A stretch of DNA of 64,000 bases, taken from the NCBI GenBank assembly GCA_943373065.1, contig CALSBA010000009.1, positions 19,194 through 83,193 of the forward strand, given 5' to 3'. The notes beneath the pieces were generated by a model. That model saw nothing but the letters and a program-made list of their open reading frames with translations, ran no database searches and was not told the DNA's origin. Source of the DNA: Synechococcus sp. UW140. Its GTDB lineage: Bacteria; Cyanobacteriota; Cyanobacteriia; PCC-6307; Cyanobiaceae. The position numbers and the translations under genes were made by a program. Below, in pieces: positions 34,783-44,007 of this stretch (positions within the stretch are counted from its first letter, which is position 1; each line of letters begins with the position of its first letter).

Positions 34783-34798
34783 GCGATTCACGAATCGC
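34783..34798. promoter_or_regulatory. Perfect inverted repeat GCGATTC-AC-GAATCGC, candidate operator just upstream of the P-type ATPase start
   Basis: 7-bp arms with a 2-nt spacer, 4 nt before the TTG at 34778. The spacer is too short for a hairpin loop. Confidence 0.35.
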
Positions 34799-34831
34799 TC
34801 AAACATTAGTCACAGGATGCGGCACTTCCGG

Positions 34832-36001
34832 TCAGCCGTGCACACCTTGCGGAACAGCCTCGAGGTGTTTCAGCCGCCGCTCCAGCAGCAGCAGGCCCAC
34901 CACGGTGGTGAACGTCACCATCAGCACAAGGGACGAGAACTGCACCGCATCGATCAGGCCCTGGTTCAGTGCTGTTGTCGCGAATACCAGCCCCGGCAGG
35001 CCCCGGGGGATCAGGCCGAACACCACCAGCCAGCGGTCGACCCCCGCCTGGCGGTCGCGGCGGTCGATGCCCAGGCCGCAGGCCAGCTTGCTGAGCACGG
35101 CCATCACGATCAAGGCCGCCGCCAGGCTCCAGGCCGCTGGCTGCAGCAGGGTTCCGGCGCTGATGCGCATCCCCACACTGATGAAGTAGAGGGGCAGGAA
35201 CACCTCCGAGAGCACGGTCAGTACCCGCTGCACCTCCCCCTCCACCGGCCCCAGCCTGGCCATCAGCACCCCGCCCCAGAGAGCCCCCAGCAGGCTGGTC
35301 AGGCCACAGGCCTCGCCCACCCAGGCCGAACCGATCAGCAGCATCAGGATCGACAGAGCACTGGCGGGCCTCCGGCTGTGATGCCGGCTCCAGTGCGCCA
35401 CCGCCAGCCAGCTCACCACCGCCACCAGCACCCCCAGCAGCGGACCCGCCCAGCCGATCCCCTGGGTTCCCAGCCGCAGACCCGCGCTGGCGGTGGCGAT
35501 CGCCAGCAGGGCGATGGCCGGGAGATCATCGAGGACCGACACCCCGACCAGCATCCGGCCGGACGGAGTCTGGATGGCACCCCGCTGGGCAAGCAGCCGC
35601 AGGGTCACACCGGTGCCGGTGGCACTCAACACCGCCAGGCAGAGGAGGGTGGTGGGGATGGAGAGGTCGAACAGACTCCTGAGGGGCCAGAACGCCAGCA
35701 GCGGTGTGCAGAAGCTCAGCGCCACCGTGCGCAGGATCGCGGCACGGCGGGAGCTGAGCAGGTCGCCCCGCACTTCCAGTCCCACCTGGAAGAACAGGGT
35801 GAGCACCCCCAGCTCCGTGAGGCCACTCAGGGGCGCCATCGCCTCGAACGGCACCACGGTGTTGCCGAGGATGAAGCCCATGACGAGCTCCAGAATGATC
35901 GCCGGCACGGCCAGGCGTGCCATCCAGCCTTCCGAGAGGCGTGCCAGCAGCACGCCGATCAGCAGGATCAGGAGGGTGCTGAGCAGGGAAGGGTGTGCCA
36001 T
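34832..36001 (-). CDS. Cation:proton antiporter (CPA2/NapA family)
   Basis: About 11-12 TMs, LFFQVGLE, LSATGTG, VLDD motif, LPLYFISVG and IPRG. Confidence 0.88.
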   Translation of the reverse strand: MAHPSLLSTLLILLIGVLLARLSEGWMARLAVPAIILELVMGFILGNTVVPFEAMAPLSGLTELGVLTLFFQVGLEVRGDLLSSRRAAILRTVALSFCTPLLAFWPLRSLFDLSIPTTLLCLAVLSATGTGVTLRLLAQRGAIQTPSGRMLVGVSVLDDLPAIALLAIATASAGLRLGTQGIGWAGPLLGVLVAVVSWLAVAHWSRHHSRRPASALSILMLLIGSAWVGEACGLTSLLGALWGGVLMARLGPVEGEVQRVLTVLSEVFLPLYFISVGMRISAGTLLQPAAWSLAAALIVMAVLSKLACGLGIDRRDRQAGVDRWLVVFGLIPRGLPGLVFATTALNQGLIDAVQFSSLVLMVTFTTVVGLLLLERRLKHLEAVPQGVHG

Positions 36002-36106
36002 GGCACGCAGTTGCCCAGACGGGATTCAAGCCCCCTTGCCACGTTGTGGTGACGAAGGGCTGCAGACCTAGCGTCCTAAGTCATCCAGCGGAAGAGCCGA
36101 AGTCGC

Positions 36107-37987
36107 ATGCTCATCCTTGACAACCTGCGACGTCGGCTGATCGGCACCCCCCTGCCCACCAGCGCCCATCACGAGGAGCGGTACAGCAACGCCGAGGCCC
36201 TGGCGATCCTCAGTTCCGATGCCCTCTCCTCGGTGGCTTACGCCACCCAGGAAATCGTGCTGGTGCTCGGGATGGGCGGGGCGGCGGCCCTGCCATTCAC
36301 CCTGCCGATCACGGTGTTGATCGTGGGGCTGATGCTGATCGTGGCCAGCAGCTACCGGCAGACGATCAAGGCCTATCCGCATGGGGGCGGCTCCTACCGG
36401 GTCTCCCAGCAGAACCTCGGCCAGACGGCGGGTCTGGTGGCCGGAGCCTCCCTCTCGATCGACTACGTGCTGACGGTGGCGGTGAGCGTGGCCGCGGGTA
36501 TCGCCGCCCTCACCTCCTATTTCCCCGTGCTCGAACCCGAGCGGGTGCCCCTCTGTCTGCTGGCGGTGCTGCTGGTGATGCTCGCCAATCTGCGGGGGGT
36601 GAGCTCCAGCGCCAGGTTCCTGAGTCTGCCCACCTTTCTGTTCATGGGCGCCGTCGTCACCCTGCTGGTGGCAGGGTTCATCAAGACGGGGCTGGGCCAG
36701 CTTCCTCCCCTGCCCCTGGCGGAGCAGCAACGGTTGCTGGCGGCGGCCCACCAGGGCAGCCAGGGGCTGCAGGCCATCGGTCCCCTGCTGCTGATGCGGG
36801 CCTTCAGTTCCGGCTGCGCCGCCCTCACCGGCATCGAGGCGATCAGCGACAGTGTTGCCGCCTTCAAGCCGGTGGAGTGGCGCAACGCCCGCCGGGTGCT
36901 GGGGGTGATGGTGCTGATGCTGGCCCTGATGTTCAGCGGCATCAGCGCCCTGGCCAGCCAGGGCGGTCTGGTGGTGCAGGACAACGGCCCCACGCTTCTC
37001 TATCAGCTGGGCGAGCGGATCTTCGGGGATGGCCCGCTCCTGTTCGTGCTGCAGCTGGCGACCCTGTTGATCCTGCTGCTGGCGGCCAACACCGCCTACG
37101 CGGATTTTCCGCGGCTGGCGGCCTTCCTGGCCCAGGACGGCTTCCTGCCCCGCCAGCTCTGCTCCCTGGGCGACCGGCTGGTGTTCAGCAACGGCATCTT
37201 TGCCCTCAGCGCCATGGCCGGCCTGCTGCTGGTGATCGTTGATGGCAGCGTCAGCCGCCTGATCCCCCTCTATGCGGTGGGCGTGTTCATCAGCTTCACC
37301 CTGTCCCAGGCAGGGATGGTGGTGCACTGGTGGAAGCTGCAGGACCGGGGCTGGCGCTCCCGGGCGCTGATCAACGGCATCGGCGCAGGGATCACCGCCG
37401 TGGTGGCGGTGATTCTTCTGATCAGCAAGTTCACCCATGGGGCCTGGGTGGTGGTGGTGGCCATTCCGCTGCTGGTGATGCTGTACCTACGCATTCGCAC
37501 CCATTACGACGCCGTGGCCAGGCGTCTGCGCCTTGACACCGCCGGGCGCCTGCCGTTGCCCGCCGGTCCTCCCCCCGGTGGCGGCACCCCCACGGTGGTC
37601 CTGGTGGGCCAGCTGCACCGCGGCACCCTCGAGGCCCTCTGCTGTGCCCGCAGCAACGCCAGCGACCTGGTGGCCGTGCATGTGGATCTCGGCGACGGCC
37701 GCGCCGAGGCCTTCCGCGAGCAGTGGAGTCGGCAGTTGCCGGACGTTCCGCTGGAGGTGCTGGAGTCCCCCTACCGCTCCCTGGTGGACCCGGTGGTCGA
37801 CTTCGTGAGGCGCTTCGAGCGCGAGCACCACAAGGACCGTCACGCCTTCTGCATGGTGGTGCTGCCGGTGTTCGTCACCCGTCACCGCTGGGAAAACCTG
37901 TTGCACAACCAGTCGACGATCCGCCTGCGGCGCGCCCTGCGCGAGCGCGGCACGCGGGTCGTCGCTACCGTCGGCTTCTACCTCTGA
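36107..37987 (+). CDS. APC-superfamily KimA/YdaO-like K+/H+ symporter
   Basis: LSSDALSSVAYATQE, YPHGGGSY, DYVLTVAVSV, ALTGIEAISD, FPRL and LIPLYAVGVF, plus a C-terminal cytosolic domain (SPYRSL...LHNQ). Confidence 0.88.
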   Translation: MLILDNLRRRLIGTPLPTSAHHEERYSNAEALAILSSDALSSVAYATQEIVLVLGMGGAAALPFTLPITVLIVGLMLIVASSYRQTIKAYPHGGGSYRVSQQNLGQTAGLVAGASLSIDYVLTVAVSVAAGIAALTSYFPVLEPERVPLCLLAVLLVMLANLRGVSSSARFLSLPTFLFMGAVVTLLVAGFIKTGLGQLPPLPLAEQQRLLAAAHQGSQGLQAIGPLLLMRAFSSGCAALTGIEAISDSVAAFKPVEWRNARRVLGVMVLMLALMFSGISALASQGGLVVQDNGPTLLYQLGERIFGDGPLLFVLQLATLLILLLAANTAYADFPRLAAFLAQDGFLPRQLCSLGDRLVFSNGIFALSAMAGLLLVIVDGSVSRLIPLYAVGVFISFTLSQAGMVVHWWKLQDRGWRSRALINGIGAGITAVVAVILLISKFTHGAWVVVVAIPLLVMLYLRIRTHYDAVARRLRLDTAGRLPLPAGPPPGGGTPTVVLVGQLHRGTLEALCCARSNASDLVAVHVDLGDGRAEAFREQWSRQLPDVPLEVLESPYRSLVDPVVDFVRRFEREHHKDRHAFCMVVLPVFVTRHRWENLLHNQSTIRLRRALRERGTRVVATVGFYL

Positions 37988-37995
37988 ACGGCCCG

Positions 37996-39816
37996 ATGCA
38001 AGCGTTCCTCACGGTCGCCGCCACCCCGGAAGGGCTCATCACGTTGGCGGTGTTCGTCGGGGCCATGGTGCTGTTCGTCACCGGGTGGCTCGCGCCCGAG
38101 GTGACCGGTCTGCTGGCGGCGGCCCTGCTGGTGAGTTTCAAGGTGCTCAAGCCGGATGAGGCGGTGCAGGGTTTCGGCAGCCCGGCCCTGATCACCCTGA
38201 TGGGCCTGTTCGCCGTCTCCGCCGGCCTGTTCCGCAGTGGTGGCCTGGATCGGTTGCGGGCCCTGATCGGTTCCGATGCGGTCCGCAGCCCCAAACGCAT
38301 GATCGCCCTGATGGTGGGGGTGGTGGCCCCCATCTCTGGCTTCATCCCCAACACCCCGATTGTGGCCACCCTGCTGCCGGTGATCGAGGGCTGGTGCCAC
38401 CGCCGCGGCGTCTCCCCGTCGAAGGTGCTCATGCCCCTGTCGTTCGCCACCGTGCTGGGAGGCACCATCTCCCTTCTCGGTACCTCCACCAACCTGCTGG
38501 CCAGCGATGTGAGCCGCCAGCTGGGCTTCGGCTCCCTGGAGCTGTTCAGCTTCACCGCCATCGGCATCCCCGTGTGGCTGCTGGGGGGGCTGTACATGGT
38601 GCTGGTCTCCGATCGGCTGCTGCCCGACCGCGGGCAGGGCAATGAGGATCTGCTGGGTGGCCTCGCCCGGGATGGCTATCTCACCGACGTGCTGATCCCG
38701 GAGCAGTCCGGTCTGATCGGCCAGTCGCTGCACAACAGCCGCCTGCAGCGACGCTTCGACGTGGATGTGCTGGAGCTGCACCGGGGCCAGGACAGCTTCA
38801 CCGCCCCCCTGGCCGACCTGCCCCTGCAGGCCGGCGACCGGCTGCTGCTGCGCTGCAACCGCGACAACCTGCTGCGTCTCCAGCAGGAGCACACCGTCAC
38901 CCTCGCCCCGATCGGCGATCAGGAGGAGGATCTGCGCGAGCTCTCCGGAGAGACCACCTCACCCCAGCGGGTGGTGGAGGTGCTGCTCCCCAACGGTTCC
39001 GCCCTGGCCGGCGCCAGCGTGCGCGACATGCGCTTTCGCCAGCGTTACAACGCCACCCTGATGGCGGTGCGGCGCGGCAACCAGGTGCTGCGCGAACTGC
39101 TGGGCCGGGTGGTGCTGCAGGCCGGCGATGTGCTGCTGCTGCAGGCTCCTGTGGACGCCATCCGCGGCCTGCAGGCCAACAACGACCTGGTGGTGCTTGA
39201 TGAGCTCGAGAAGGACCTGCCCACCACCGATCGCAAGCTCGTCGCCATGGCGATCACGGCGCTGATGATCCTGCTGCCGATGCTCAAGATCCTGCCGTTG
39301 ATGGCCTCGGTGCTGCTGGCCATGGTGGCGATGGTGGCCACGGGCTGCCTGCGCTCTGGCGAGCTGCTGCGCTCGATCCGCTGGGACGTGATCCTGCTGC
39401 TTGGCTCCCTCTCCTGCTTCAGCGTGGCGATGCAGAAGACCGGCCTGGCCGAAGCCCTGGCCACCGACCTGCTCCAGTCCCTCCAGGGCTGGCCCGCCTA
39501 TGGAGTGCTGCTGGTGGTGTTCGTGCTGGGTCAGCTGTTCACCGAGGCGCTCAGCAACGGCACCACCGTGGTGCTGCTGATCCCGATCGCCACCGAACTG
39601 GCCAAGGGCCTGTCACTGCCGCCGATGGCCTTCATCTTCGCGATCACCTTCGCCGCCAGCCAGAGCTTCCTCACCCCGATCGGCTACCAGACCAACCTGA
39701 TGGTGTTCGGCCCCGGCCGCTATCGCTTCCTTGACATGGCCCGCTATGGCGCACCGCTCACGATCAGCCTGGCTCTGGTGGTGCCCTGGTTGATCTGTCG
39801 CCAGTTCGGCCTCTAG
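37996..39816 (+). CDS. SLC13/DASS-family permease with two central TrkA-C (RCK_C) domains
   Basis: FIPNTP, LLGTSTNLL, two RCK_C repeats (FDVDVLELHRG, YNATLMAVRRG), LSNG and TPIGYQTN. ATG at 37996. Confidence 0.9.
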   Translation: MQAFLTVAATPEGLITLAVFVGAMVLFVTGWLAPEVTGLLAAALLVSFKVLKPDEAVQGFGSPALITLMGLFAVSAGLFRSGGLDRLRALIGSDAVRSPKRMIALMVGVVAPISGFIPNTPIVATLLPVIEGWCHRRGVSPSKVLMPLSFATVLGGTISLLGTSTNLLASDVSRQLGFGSLELFSFTAIGIPVWLLGGLYMVLVSDRLLPDRGQGNEDLLGGLARDGYLTDVLIPEQSGLIGQSLHNSRLQRRFDVDVLELHRGQDSFTAPLADLPLQAGDRLLLRCNRDNLLRLQQEHTVTLAPIGDQEEDLRELSGETTSPQRVVEVLLPNGSALAGASVRDMRFRQRYNATLMAVRRGNQVLRELLGRVVLQAGDVLLLQAPVDAIRGLQANNDLVVLDELEKDLPTTDRKLVAMAITALMILLPMLKILPLMASVLLAMVAMVATGCLRSGELLRSIRWDVILLLGSLSCFSVAMQKTGLAEALATDLLQSLQGWPAYGVLLVVFVLGQLFTEALSNGTTVVLLIPIATELAKGLSLPPMAFIFAITFAASQSFLTPIGYQTNLMVFGPGRYRFLDMARYGAPLTISLALVVPWLICRQFGL

Positions 39817-39829
39817 GGGGCCGGAGGCC

Positions 39830-40861
39830 TCAGCGCGAGCGGCGTGGGCCTTTCCGCTGCCGAAGCGAATCGGCCAGGGAAAGGATCAGCATCCCGATGC
39901 CGATCAGGCCCGTGACCCATTCAGGCAGACGGAGATCGTGCTGGCGAAGCACGATGCTTGACAGCATCAAAACCCCAAGGGCGCCGATGGCGTAATGGGC
40001 GCCATGCTCCAGGAACACCAGCTGATCGAGCGCCTTCTCCCGGCTCAGCATCAGGGTGAGGGAGCGGATGAACAGGGCTCCGAGCCCGAGGCCGGTGAGG
40101 ATCAGGCCCAGGTTCTGGGTGATGGCGAAGGCACCGATCGTGCCATCGAGGCTGAAGGAGGCATCAAGAAGCTCCAGATAGAGCAGGCTGGCCAGCCCAC
40201 CCCCTGCCGCCAGTCGCAACCCCGCCTGCTCCTCATCACCGAAGGCTTCAGCCAGGGAGGTGCTCAGCAGCTGCAGCACCAGGCCGATCACGCCGCTGAT
40301 CATCACCTCGGCCCGCAGGCTCTCCGGCAGGGCGGCGACGAGCAGCAGCAGCAGGATGAGGGCAAGGGCCACTTCCAGGGCCTCCACCCGTCCGGCGGCG
40401 CTGAGGCGGCGTTCCAGGGGTCGGAACCAGTGAAGGGTCTTGGCTTCGTCGAAGAAGTAGCGCAGAAACACCATCAGCAGGAACAGTCCGCCGAAGGCGA
40501 GGATTCTGGGTTCCGCCAGCTCCAGCAGCTCCCGGTAGCGCTCCGGGTGGTGCAGGGCCGCATCGAGGGCGGTGCCCATGCCGACGCCACCGGCCAGGGA
40601 GACCATCACCAGGGGGCCCGCAAAGCGCACGCCGAACACGGGAATCACCAGGCCCCAGGTGAGAAAGAACCGTTGCTGACCGGGCGTCAGCCGATCGAGC
40701 ACCCGGGCATTGACCACCGCATTGTCGAAGGAGAGTGAGATCTCCAGAAGCAGCAGCACCAGGGTGATCCAGGCCGCTTCCAGGCCATGCAGGCCGAGCA
40801 CGATCGCCAGCCCCGCGGCGCAGCAGGCCAGGGGCACCTGCAAATAGCGCAGATATCGCAT
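39830..40861 (-). CDS. DUF475 / TerC-like integral membrane protein
   Basis: LEISLSFDNAVVNA, LYLELLDASFSLDGTIGAFA and YLEHGAHYA-like motifs. ATG at 40861 overlaps the dedA stop. Confidence 0.85.
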   Translation of the reverse strand: MRYLRYLQVPLACCAAGLAIVLGLHGLEAAWITLVLLLLEISLSFDNAVVNARVLDRLTPGQQRFFLTWGLVIPVFGVRFAGPLVMVSLAGGVGMGTALDAALHHPERYRELLELAEPRILAFGGLFLLMVFLRYFFDEAKTLHWFRPLERRLSAAGRVEALEVALALILLLLLVAALPESLRAEVMISGVIGLVLQLLSTSLAEAFGDEEQAGLRLAAGGGLASLLYLELLDASFSLDGTIGAFAITQNLGLILTGLGLGALFIRSLTLMLSREKALDQLVFLEHGAHYAIGALGVLMLSSIVLRQHDLRLPEWVTGLIGIGMLILSLADSLRQRKGPRRSR

Positions 40862-41526
40862 CAGGGGGGGCTCTCTTCCGCCCCATCGTCCAGCTGAGCC
40901 TCCTCGAAGCGGGCCACCAGCTTCGGCACCACCAGCACGATCACCAGCAGCACCAGGGCGCCGAGGCCGAACTCCACGACCCCCTTCACCATCTGATCGA
41001 AGGGGATCCAACGTCCGCCGAGCCAGGCCAGGCCCACCATCGTCGAGGCCCAGAGCACGGCCCCGAGCATGTTGAACAGCAGGAAGCGGCGGTAGGGCAT
41101 CCGCACCGCCCCGGCGATCGGGCCGGCGAGCACCCGCAGCACCGCCACGAACCTCCCCAGCAGCACCGACTTGCCGGCGTGGCGCAGGAAGCGTTCCCGC
41201 AGGGCCTCCATCTGCTCCGGATTGCGGCCCAGCAGCCGTCCCGCCCGCAGCAGCAGCCCCCAGCCCGCCCGGCGCCCCACCCAGTAGCCGAGGTTGTCCC
41301 CCAGGATCGCCCCGCCGGCCGCCGCCCCCATCACCCCAAGCACCTCCAGCTGACCGCTGCCAGCCGCGTAGCCCGCCAGCAGCGTGACCGTCTCGCCCGG
41401 CAGGGGCACACCGGCGTTCTCCAGCAGCATGGCGCCGAAAACCACCCAGTACCCCCAGTCGTGGAGGAGGGATTCCAGGGCGGTGAGGCTGATGGTCCCG
41501 TCGAACACGGCCAGGGGCCAGGCCAT
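40861..41526 (-). CDS. DedA family membrane protein
   Basis: LENAGVPLPGET, GDNLGYWVGR and GRFVAVLR (DedA F/GR motif). Confidence 0.92.
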   Translation of the reverse strand: MAWPLAVFDGTISLTALESLLHDWGYWVVFGAMLLENAGVPLPGETVTLLAGYAAGSGQLEVLGVMGAAAGGAILGDNLGYWVGRRAGWGLLLRAGRLLGRNPEQMEALRERFLRHAGKSVLLGRFVAVLRVLAGPIAGAVRMPYRRFLLFNMLGAVLWASTMVGLAWLGGRWIPFDQMVKGVVEFGLGALVLLVIVLVVPKLVARFEEAQLDDGAEESPP

Positions 41527-41550
41527 CGCAACGTGGAAGGTCTCTCGACC

Positions 41551-42558
41551 CTATCTCCCTGGCCAGGCCAGCGTTCCGGTCCAGAGCCAGCGGCGGCGGC
41601 GCAGGCGGTTGGCGTGGGGCCCCGGCCAGGTGAATCGGGGCAGGGCCAGGGGTGGCGTGGAGTCGGTGAGCAGGGCCCCATCGACCGTGGCCACCTGGCG
41701 GAAATGGCGGCCGCAGATCTGGGCGTCGCCGGGCAGATGGCTGTTGAACGGATAGGAGAACGACCGGGGCGGCTGCCCCAGCACCCGTCCGAGCACGGTG
41801 CTGGATCGGACCAGTTCCTGCTCGAACTCGGCCGGGCTGATGTTGCAGCGGGGGACATGGTGGTGGCCGTGGCTGCCAATCTCGTGGCCGGCGTCCCGGG
41901 CCCGGAGCAGGTGGGCCTCGCTGGGGTAGAGGCGATCGGCCGCCGCCGCCAGCTCGCTGGCCGTGCCCCAGCGCTCCGCCAGCTCCGCCAGCAGCTCCCG
42001 CACCCGGTCCACGGGGGTGGCATCCCGCAGCCGGGCGATCAGGTCAGCCCCTTCCAGATCGGCCGGCAGCTCCAGCCGTTGGCGGGCCAGCACCGCCAGC
42101 CTGGGCCCCAGGGTGGGGTGGGCCCCGTACCAGTAGAGGGCGTGCTCCCAGACCAGCTCCCCTCCGGCGAGCATCCCGGAGGACTGGAAGAACACGGCGG
42201 GGATGCCCAGCGCCTCAAGCACCTCCAGCCCCCCCTCGTAGTTGCAGCGCAGGCCGTCATCGAAGCTGACGATCACCGCGAACTCCCCGGCACTGGGGAA
42301 GCGGCCCTCCCGCAGATCGGCATAGGTAAGGAAGCGGGCGCCGCGGCGCTGCAGGAACCCCAGTTCCGCGGCCAGCGCGGCGGGGGGGATCGGCGGCACC
42401 CCGTAGCGGTCGAGGAACGGCACCCTTCCCGGCTCGTCCACCCGGTGGTACAGCAGACACAGAACCTTGCCCCGCAGGCGACGCAGCCAGAGGCCATCCA
42501 GCGGCGGCAGGAACAGCAGGTCCGCTGCCCGGTTGGCCGCTCGCCCCAGGCGGCTCAT
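41551..42558 (-). CDS. NodB-type polysaccharide deacetylase (CE4)
   Basis: LLYHRV, VSFDDG, EIGSHGHHH, FSYPF and LPRF. ATG at 42558 overlaps the formyltransferase stop. Confidence 0.88.
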   Translation of the reverse strand: MSRLGRAANRAADLLFLPPLDGLWLRRLRGKVLCLLYHRVDEPGRVPFLDRYGVPPIPPAALAAELGFLQRRGARFLTYADLREGRFPSAGEFAVIVSFDDGLRCNYEGGLEVLEALGIPAVFFQSSGMLAGGELVWEHALYWYGAHPTLGPRLAVLARQRLELPADLEGADLIARLRDATPVDRVRELLAELAERWGTASELAAAADRLYPSEAHLLRARDAGHEIGSHGHHHVPRCNISPAEFEQELVRSSTVLGRVLGQPPRSFSYPFNSHLPGDAQICGRHFRQVATVDGALLTDSTPPLALPRFTWPGPHANRLRRRRWLWTGTLAWPGR

Positions 42559-43427
42559 GGCTGCTCCCCCCGCACCACCCGCACGGTCCGGTCCCGGTTC
42601 GCCTGGTCGGCCAGGTAGTCGCGCACCAGGCCGCGGGCGATGCGGCGGTTGGCCAGCAGCCGCTGCCAGGGTTCGTAGACGTAGCCGGTGCGCCGCAGGA
42701 ACAGCTTGCCCTTCTCCCACTGGGGCACCCGTGGGGCGGTGCCGGCCTCGAGCCGGCGGGCTGCTTCGATCAGCAGCTCGATGCCCACCTGGAAGCTGCG
42801 TACATCAATAGTCTCGACGTCGTCATCAGGCTCCAACGGCACGTGGGCCGACAGGATGATGTCGCCGCTGTCGATGCCGGGGTCGATGTGGTGGACCGTC
42901 ACCCCCACCAGCTCCGGATGCCCCTCCATGAGCATGTAGAGGTTGCAGTTGGCGCCGCGGGAATAGGGCGACAGCCCGGTGTGCAGGTTGATGAGGCCGT
43001 GGCGAATGGTGGGGATCAGCTCCAGCACCGGCGCCCGCAGCAACTGGGTGCCGTTCACCAGCACGATGTCGGGGGCGACCTGGCGCAGGAAGTCGACGGT
43101 GCGCTGCTCGTTGATGGCCGACGTGACCAGGACCGGCACCCCGGGGGGCAGCTCGGGCGGGGCACCGTTGCGGTGAAACAGCTGCCGCTGCAGGGCGGCA
43201 CCGCGGCGATCGTGGGGCCGCAGCAGCACCCGGGCGATCAGCTGGCGCAGCAGCCGCAGGGGCCGGCGGTACTTCGCCAGCCGGGAGAGGGTGCTGCGGC
43301 TGGCCGGCGGCGACACCTGCAGCACGACGCCCACCAGGGTGAACGCCTCCGCCGCCCGCCGCACCAGGTGGCGCTGGTAGAGGTCGTCGCAGCAGAGAAC
43401 GGCCACCCGCAGGGAGCTCACGGCCAT
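42555..43427 (-). CDS. Formyltransferase (N10-formyl-THF dependent, Formyl_trans_N)
   Basis: [13 protein letters not shown] and [17 protein letters not shown] retain the Asn/His/Asp catalytic triad. Lacks the Fmt C-terminal domain. Confidence 0.85.
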   Translation of the reverse strand: MAVSSLRVAVLCCDDLYQRHLVRRAAEAFTLVGVVLQVSPPASRSTLSRLAKYRRPLRLLRQLIARVLLRPHDRRGAALQRQLFHRNGAPPELPPGVPVLVTSAINEQRTVDFLRQVAPDIVLVNGTQLLRAPVLELIPTIRHGLINLHTGLSPYSRGANCNLYMLMEGHPELVGVTVHHIDPGIDSGDIILSAHVPLEPDDDVETIDVRSFQVGIELLIEAARRLEAGTAPRVPQWEKGKLFLRRTGYVYEPWQRLLANRRIARGLVRDYLADQANRDRTVRVVRGEQP

Positions 43428-43512
43428 GGATCCGCCGATCGCAGCATCATCTGCGGATGGTACGGACGGGGCGGCCCGAAAGCGGCACAGTGGGACCGAT
43501 CCTGAGGCGCCC

Positions 43513-44007
43513 ATGGCCGTCCGTGACGTGCTGACCATCGGAGATTCCCGCCTGCGCCAGGTGAGTGCGCCGGTGGAACGGTTCGACGACCCCGCCCTTC
43601 CGGCCCTCATTCAGGACCTGCGCGACACCATGGCCGCCACCGATGGGGCCGGCCTGGCCGCTCCCCAGATCGGCGTGCCCCTGCGGGTGGTGATCTTCGG
43701 CATCACCTCCAACCCCCGCTACCCGGAGGCGCCCCCCATCCCGGAAACGGTGCTGATCAATCCCGTGCTCACCCCCCTGGGCGACAGCCAGGACGACGAC
43801 GCCTGGGAGGGCTGCCTGAGCGTGCCGGGCTGGCGGGCCCGGGTGCCCCGCTGGCGACGCCTGCATTACCGCGGCTTCGACGGCCATGGGCAACCCTTCG
43901 AGCGGGAGGTGGAGGGCTTCCATGCCCGGGTGGTGCAGCACGAATGCGACCACCTTGATGGGGTGCTGTTTCCGGATCGGATGCCGGCGGGGCTGCCCCG
44001 TGGCTGA
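43513..44007 (+). CDS. def: Peptide deformylase (short form)
   Basis: [16 protein letters not shown] and HECDHLDG; 164 aa. Confidence 0.95.
   Translation: MAVRDVLTIGDSRLRQVSAPVERFDDPALPALIQDLRDTMAATDGAGLAAPQIGVPLRVVIFGITSNPRYPEAPPIPETVLINPVLTPLGDSQDDDAWEGCLSVPGWRARVPRWRRLHYRGFDGHGQPFEREVEGFHARVVQHECDHLDGVLFPDRMPAGLPRG

Noticed and set aside
36002-36106. ydaO/c-di-AMP riboswitch expected upstream of the KimA-like gene
   Set aside because: The region is only 105 bp and lacks the GCTGAA...GGGAAC...GGGGTGAA...CCCGTCAGCTAAC elements.
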